The translations under genes were made by a program, and so were the position numbers. From a virus (taxonomy: Duplodnaviria; Caudoviricetes): a stretch of DNA of 64,000 nucleotides. The first letter of the stretch is position 1; each line of letters begins with the position of its first letter. Shown here piece after piece: positions 59,901 to 64,000 of this stretch. A model generated the notes under the pieces. That model was not told the origin of the DNA, did not search any database, and worked only from the letters and a program-made list of their open reading frames with translations. The stretch lies in the IMG/VR virus record IMGVR_UViG_3300021400_001148, positions 224,001 to 288,000 of that record; one strand, written 5' to 3'.

Positions 59901-62844
59901 GAAATCATTGTTGGAAGATTGTATAAATTGGGGAGAATACGCCGCCCCGGGGCTTGCTGAGATGCCGAGACAGTCAAACAATGGTATAATGAACCTTTCC
60001 AAAGACGGAAAATACATAAAGATACCTGAGGTTTTTTCAACCTTGAAATCTGATAAGTTTGTCGAAGCGTTTAAATCTTGGGCTACGGCTGATGAATATA
60101 GTGGTGGTTGGAAAACAATTGAAAGACAGTATATAAACACAAATCCGGAGGAAAATCACAATTATGCGGTATTGACCAATAACGGAAAAATCTTAGTCAA
60201 CAACTACCGCACTGATGGTATGAGATATGTGCAGGGGTTGCTGGATGACGAATATTATCTAGAGTTCAGATACCCGATTAACAGGGCTGTTGTTGGTGAA
60301 CAGAGTATGAAGGAGCAGAGCTTGGCTGTAACTGAAAGTGATTTCAGGATTGTTTGGAACCGGTTCAGACGAAGATTAAGAGAAATACATGAAAGTAGGG
60401 AGGAAAGCATAAAAAACCTTGAGAAAGATATTGAAGGAAATATACAGGAATTTTCATCCGATGTTTACCTTTCGCTATATAATCTTTTTAAGGCATTGTG
60501 CAACAGGTGGCTTCTTTCGATGGATGAAAAACGCTTTAAGTTCACCAATAATCCGGAGAGGGATAAAGATTCAGTGAGAAGTATATGCCAATATTTTGTA
60601 TATACAAACTCATACCTTGAGTCTGTCGGGCAGAAACAGATTGTAGATATCAATAAATTTGGCGACCTCATAGAGACATACAGGAATGCCACCGTGCCTT
60701 CAAAATCTTTCTATGAATTCATATATGACATCGGTGCTGAAAATGGAGCACAACTTTTAGCCTTCCCCTTCTTCTTTAAGTTGGGGGATGAAACCGCCGA
60801 TGCTTTCCGAGAACTTTTCAAACCTCTTCCTTATGAAAGTGGTGTGAAGAATGAAACTTGGGACACTGATAACACTTATATCTTTATGTATCCGGAAAAA
60901 TCCAGTTCCAATGCTCCATATGAAAACGACAGCCGTTCGGAAGATGGAAGGTACAATTATGTGGACGATATCTGTCAGGTTGTTAACCCTGACGGAAATG
61001 AATCTCCACTCCTTCCGGAAACATTCAAAGTACTGAATGCCGGCGAGAAGTGCAAGTGTTTCGGTGTGACATTTGCCAAGGATAACCAAAGTTTTTTCAA
61101 GAACATAAATGTCAGTATGGATAACCCCAGAATGACTGATACCGCAATAGCAACAACGTTCAGTCTGGCTGACAGGTTTTCAAGCAAAGCGAATTCACAA
61201 TTGATTTCGTATGGGCAGAATCTTTTCTCGCTTTATTCCCAATATTCTTACCAGTGTACGGTTGAGATGCTGGGCTGTGCGAGGATTATGCCGCTTATGT
61301 ACTTCCAATTGAACAATATCCCTCTTTTCCGTGGAATGTATATTATATACAATGTAAAACACCACATTACCCCGGGGGATATGACAACTACTTTCGTCGG
61401 GCAGAGGATTAGCAGGAGGAGAACAAAATATACCGACGAGTACGGTAATATCGTGCTTTCAAAGACGGCTCAAGAGGTGGATGACAGTAGTATTTCAACA
61501 ACCATTTTTGATGGTGAAATGTCTGCTGACGGGTTGTCGACCGCAACGGGCAGAAAACTGCAGCCGGCAGAGGTGACCATATATAAAACCGTAAGGGAAT
61601 ATGCTGGGCTGACGGATGGTGTTGAGGAAAATGAAATGGTGGCAAGGCTTATGGCGCTCAGGACTGCCCTGACAAACAACACGAGGCCGACGGAAACTGT
61701 TGATGGATATTCTGTGGCATACCAGAGGTTTGACCCGTATGCCGCATATAATAGTAAAGATGGGAACCTGAATATCAGTGGAATTACCGCGAACAATGCG
61801 GTCTATGACTCATCATACAACCTTCCGACACTGAGCGAAACCACCAAGAGTTGTTTGAAAAACATAGAGACGGTTAAAATATCTGGAAGCACTTCTCCAG
61901 AAGAATGTGTTTTTTATGGAATTTGGAGTATCCCGGGGAGTGATTATAGAGCATGTGGCTGTAAGAACCTTACTTCTTTCATTGATGAGGAATATCGTGG
62001 CGGCGATGAACAATCACGACACTTCGGAACGCTTCTGAAAAATAGGGGCTTGGCAAAGTATATTAAAGAAGAAAGGTGGGAGGAATTCTTTAAGGAGTAT
62101 TTTCATCACAATAGTAGTGACACTAGGAAAAAGAAGTATCTTTATGGAAACTCTAGTAGTAACACAGCGAACAAAGTTTTTAAAGAACTGGCTGAAATTG
62201 TGAAAAATACAAAGGGTAAGTTGAAAAAGAACGCGGCCATTTCGAACAATGGGTTTGTCTCAAGACCTCAAAATGACAATAATAATAGTATTCCGCCTTT
62301 TGATACTACCGCAGCAAGGGATTGGCTTGCAAATCATGCTTTTCCGAGTTGGGCTACCGGTCAAGAACCCGGGGCGGCACACATCGCTTGCGGAAGAGTG
62401 ACTTCTGGGACTGGAAAATGTGCAAGATTCGTGACATCAGCAATGGCTGCTGGGGGTATCACCAGAACAAAAAACTATGATGTTAATGCCGCGGACCTTC
62501 TCCCTAACTTTACCGGAAATACTGCAACGGTATTAATTGACGGTGCCTATTATAAGCCGAAGGACCTTTGGGAAGAAATTTTTACAACAACCAATGTTTG
62601 GGCACGCCCAATTGGGTGTGAATGTGGTGACATATGTATTTTTGAGGCTAATGGTGCGCACCCTAATGGGCATATATGTATGTTTATGGGTGAAAGAAAT
62701 GGAGATGAACTATGGGCTTCAGATTATATTCAAGTCAATGCTTGGCATGGTATGAGTTTGAAAAATCTACCCGGACGATATCATATTTTCAGATATAAAA
62801 ACAGAAAGAGTGGCAGTAGGGCAGATTTACCGCCGACTTGTTAA
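56911..62844 (+). CDS. giant baseplate hub-like protein with muramidase-like and C-terminal CHAP domains
   Basis: V.I.F.DVRG and G.Y.I..V.H.I...M.T.F.G hub motifs; GKCARFV..A...GD....H..GHI.M...W.SD CHAP motif. Confidence 0.7.
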   Translation: MDIKNTDIQEVGRILYYEPNKKNGEVFNPEDYSIFVDLVVETTNRLTRKKSKAEANFDGKTLIFKGNHITSTSRNYLSTNVLNNTFQDIREGNNKECLGIEYIDIAFNSWNCPEVNIKFTDVRGASLLSPADYYDNRSVYGTYGDGGRNEEDFESSLISSFFKFPYPKYSLRIKGFYGKAVTYQLCVTDFKTSFNSSTGNFDINVKFIGYMFGFFTDIPFNFLYAAPFMSTGKKYWELSDFTFETGSKIPTLSELRKTLQDAGKTVDEDPNCRAAVKQISNERVTIDRTNDLHERFDDFVKEFPSITITTQSGVSSNNNRGESREELAWDIMFLPSKSSFFFDDKKNGINIESKYSAVAKEVVKSFEILGNDGRNTKQINEFINAVKKGGGSGKYKPENLTVKIFTVSYENDKFTLEKLADDENSSKTLPCCNKSEREEIWKKIDESKAEIEKLLARNYSNLGKDYTSFYAIYFPKSKIDKEIDSITNLATTEIENKKGIITSKKNSVIRNLIGFEPTIKNIVDIVLAHMDTAMHVIYDRVINRVAEKDNRKDMSRYGLTSDNTDINTKDPRNTAIPPFFTYYNTQKKDSKGINSFDTISKNEEMWIGDNPLLKNFDEVAFIKEYASALSEIDSEKREAEKTINDIRNGKDENLIYLLPIDNMDEIVNPYDGLIDDAAGDESMLEKVKKTLLYRTLLYKLFYKETVTSGNTTDNTWSHILSVLGEIEATAFSKTAAFIGLNDAVYKSINDDKTVFPVAPGSTVTISGGGYKRAVYNKEKIPIKFSSPDSFNSQASGELGSPYEKALISVEYPNQTSELNEMFSIATEPKPDFDGLVENVKGLFSKKSIGDSPKTTGYFTRGNWGEQFYVMKYLFDPNGNDMPKNSALSGVTRIDSSWINGQIIKYLDNALANKGFKDKTGRYLPAFAVNNSETLFNHEVFTSLSGETADLARAYLFLNTLPLKFDGLTKILRSMSTRAGIISLPKGLVLLLGALYWRKSLLEDCINWGEYAAPGLAEMPRQSNNGIMNLSKDGKYIKIPEVFSTLKSDKFVEAFKSWATADEYSGGWKTIERQYINTNPEENHNYAVLTNNGKILVNNYRTDGMRYVQGLLDDEYYLEFRYPINRAVVGEQSMKEQSLAVTESDFRIVWNRFRRRLREIHESREESIKNLEKDIEGNIQEFSSDVYLSLYNLFKALCNRWLLSMDEKRFKFTNNPERDKDSVRSICQYFVYTNSYLESVGQKQIVDINKFGDLIETYRNATVPSKSFYEFIYDIGAENGAQLLAFPFFFKLGDETADAFRELFKPLPYESGVKNETWDTDNTYIFMYPEKSSSNAPYENDSRSEDGRYNYVDDICQVVNPDGNESPLLPETFKVLNAGEKCKCFGVTFAKDNQSFFKNINVSMDNPRMTDTAIATTFSLADRFSSKANSQLISYGQNLFSLYSQYSYQCTVEMLGCARIMPLMYFQLNNIPLFRGMYIIYNVKHHITPGDMTTTFVGQRISRRRTKYTDEYGNIVLSKTAQEVDDSSISTTIFDGEMSADGLSTATGRKLQPAEVTIYKTVREYAGLTDGVEENEMVARLMALRTALTNNTRPTETVDGYSVAYQRFDPYAAYNSKDGNLNISGITANNAVYDSSYNLPTLSETTKSCLKNIETVKISGSTSPEECVFYGIWSIPGSDYRACGCKNLTSFIDEEYRGGDEQSRHFGTLLKNRGLAKYIKEERWEEFFKEYFHHNSSDTRKKKYLYGNSSSNTANKVFKELAEIVKNTKGKLKKNAAISNNGFVSRPQNDNNNSIPPFDTTAARDWLANHAFPSWATGQEPGAAHIACGRVTSGTGKCARFVTSAMAAGGITRTKNYDVNAADLLPNFTGNTATVLIDGAYYKPKDLWEEIFTTTNVWARPIGCECGDICIFEANGAHPNGHICMFMGERNGDELWASDYIQVNAWHGMSLKNLPGRYHIFRYKNRKSGSRADLPPTC

Positions 62845-62891
62845 ATTGAAAACTTTCTTGTATATTTGTACAAATTTTTAGTACAAAATTT

Positions 62892-63482
62892 ATGAGATTT
62901 ATTGGGAGAATCATTTCCTTTACGAAAATAGAAGATGTGTCTGAGTTCATTGAAGTAACTTCAGATGCATCTTCAATTGTTGATAATGCCACCACTATAC
63001 CCACGCTGATTATTGGCTACAAAAAGGCACAAGAATTATGTGGTGAAGTTAATATACTTAAGAAACAAATTTCCACAAATCTTTGGTGGACATTTTCCAA
63101 GAGGGAGCGGAGAATTGATTTTGAGTCCGACCTGAAAGATTTTTTAAAGCGTGTTGCAGAGTTCATTAAGACATACAGTGACTACCGTTTTTTCAGTCTT
63201 TTAACCTCGCCTGACGATGAAAAACGCGAATTGATAAAAGTATTGAAAAACAATAAAACAGTGGCATATCAAACAGAAAAAATGCTTTATATCTTTCTGC
63301 CCCACGCTAAAAAAACTATTGGTATATCAATTGGCGAACTTTCATATATTGGGAAAACGGCTGAGGATGCCAAGGGGTGGTTTAATCTTTCAGACTTCGT
63401 TCCTGAGACTTTTTTGACTGATGATATTTTTAAGGAAATCCCCTACAGAGTTCCCTTCCTTTACTATTTAGCCTCTTTTTGA
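62892..63482 (+). CDS. hypothetical protein
   Basis: 196-aa ORF preceded by TATATTTG at 62861. Confidence 0.7.
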   Translation: MRFIGRIISFTKIEDVSEFIEVTSDASSIVDNATTIPTLIIGYKKAQELCGEVNILKKQISTNLWWTFSKRERRIDFESDLKDFLKRVAEFIKTYSDYRFFSLLTSPDDEKRELIKVLKNNKTVAYQTEKMLYIFLPHAKKTIGISIGELSYIGKTAEDAKGWFNLSDFVPETFLTDDIFKEIPYRVPFLYYLASF

Positions 63483-63517
63483 GTTTCTTAGATATTTATT
63501 GTAAAGAAATTATCAAA

Positions 63518-63817
63518 ATGAGAATATTGGGTATTAAAAATAAAAGGGTTATGCATGTTGCCCCAAAGTTTCAAGCCAGAATTCTTCATCGTTCACTAGA
63601 GCCTACTGCGTCTCACGAAACTTCTAACAGCACGACAGTGTCAAAAGAAGATATTGCTAAGGTTCTGGAAGAAGTAAAGAAAGAAGTAGAAACTCTTGCA
63701 GCATCGCCCGTCTCCCCTACACCAAAAAAAACTCCACGAAAGAAAAAGGCTGTTGCTGAAGATATAGAGGCTGCGGGAATAGAGGAAAAACAAGAAAATA
63801 ACGAAGTTAATGAATAA
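63518..63817 (+). CDS. hypothetical protein
   Basis: ATG 63518 downstream of TATTTAT at 63493. Confidence 0.6.
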   Translation: MRILGIKNKRVMHVAPKFQARILHRSLEPTASHETSNSTTVSKEDIAKVLEEVKKEVETLAASPVSPTPKKTPRKKKAVAEDIEAAGIEEKQENNEVNE

Positions 63818-63822
63818 AGAAC

Positions 63823-63993
63823 ATGGGAAACAATTTAACCAAAGAGGAAATAGCCACAATGAACAACCTACTTGACAAACTTGGGGTTGGTGAGGCTAAA
63901 CATGTCATCAAGAAAAATACTGGTCTCCTCGAACGCAGTTCAAAAGACAAAGTTATTATAACAGAAGATAATAGACAAATCCTTACTGACTAA
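63823..63993 (+). CDS. small hypothetical protein (56 aa, below ORF-track cutoff)
   Basis: MGNNLTKEE...GLLER..KVIITEDNRQILTD; follows the previous stop by 5 nt. Confidence 0.55.
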   Translation: MGNNLTKEEIATMNNLLDKLGVGEAKHVIKKNTGLLERSSKDKVIITEDNRQILTD

Positions 63994-64000
63994 CATGGAA

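Noticed and set aside
1-64000. Stop-codon reassignment (TAG to Gln) as in Lak and some crAss-like phages
   Set aside because: Genes up to 1977 aa are intact in the standard code, coding density is high, and TAG ends genes at expected positions (e.g. phoH at 18565).

Overview
A 64-kb segment of a large T4-like (myovirus) phage genome in the standard genetic code. The host is probably Bacteroidetes, judging from TAnnTTTG host-type promoters. The window holds the virion morphogenesis region: prohead protease, scaffold, major capsid, terminase, portal, neck, tail terminator, sheath, tape measure and baseplate/hub genes. It also carries a gp55-like sigma factor, PhoH, a minus-strand block of nucleotide-metabolism, glycosyltransferase and methyltransferase genes, a Hef-like endonuclease and a 20-repeat LRR protein. 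A TATTTAT(A) motif precedes most late genes, and about 11 otherwise unrelated proteins share an (I/V)xL(T/N)ExQL...(L/M)xE peptide that looks like a capsid-targeting propeptide. The most notable elements are mobile. (1) A complete IS1595 (23-bp TIRs, 8-bp TSD) carries a cargo ORF with the phage late promoter and the targeting peptide, plus an antisense rod-shaped ncRNA with its own host promoter and terminator. (2) Two protein-free IS200/IS605 mini-elements have ends that obey TnpA guide-pairing rules, retain a TnpB omegaRNA-like scaffold, and sit next to or contain the phage late promoter. There is also a structured leader on the sigma gene and a probable +1/-2 frameshift just upstream of the tape measure gene. 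All product calls come from motif recognition by eye; no database search was run.
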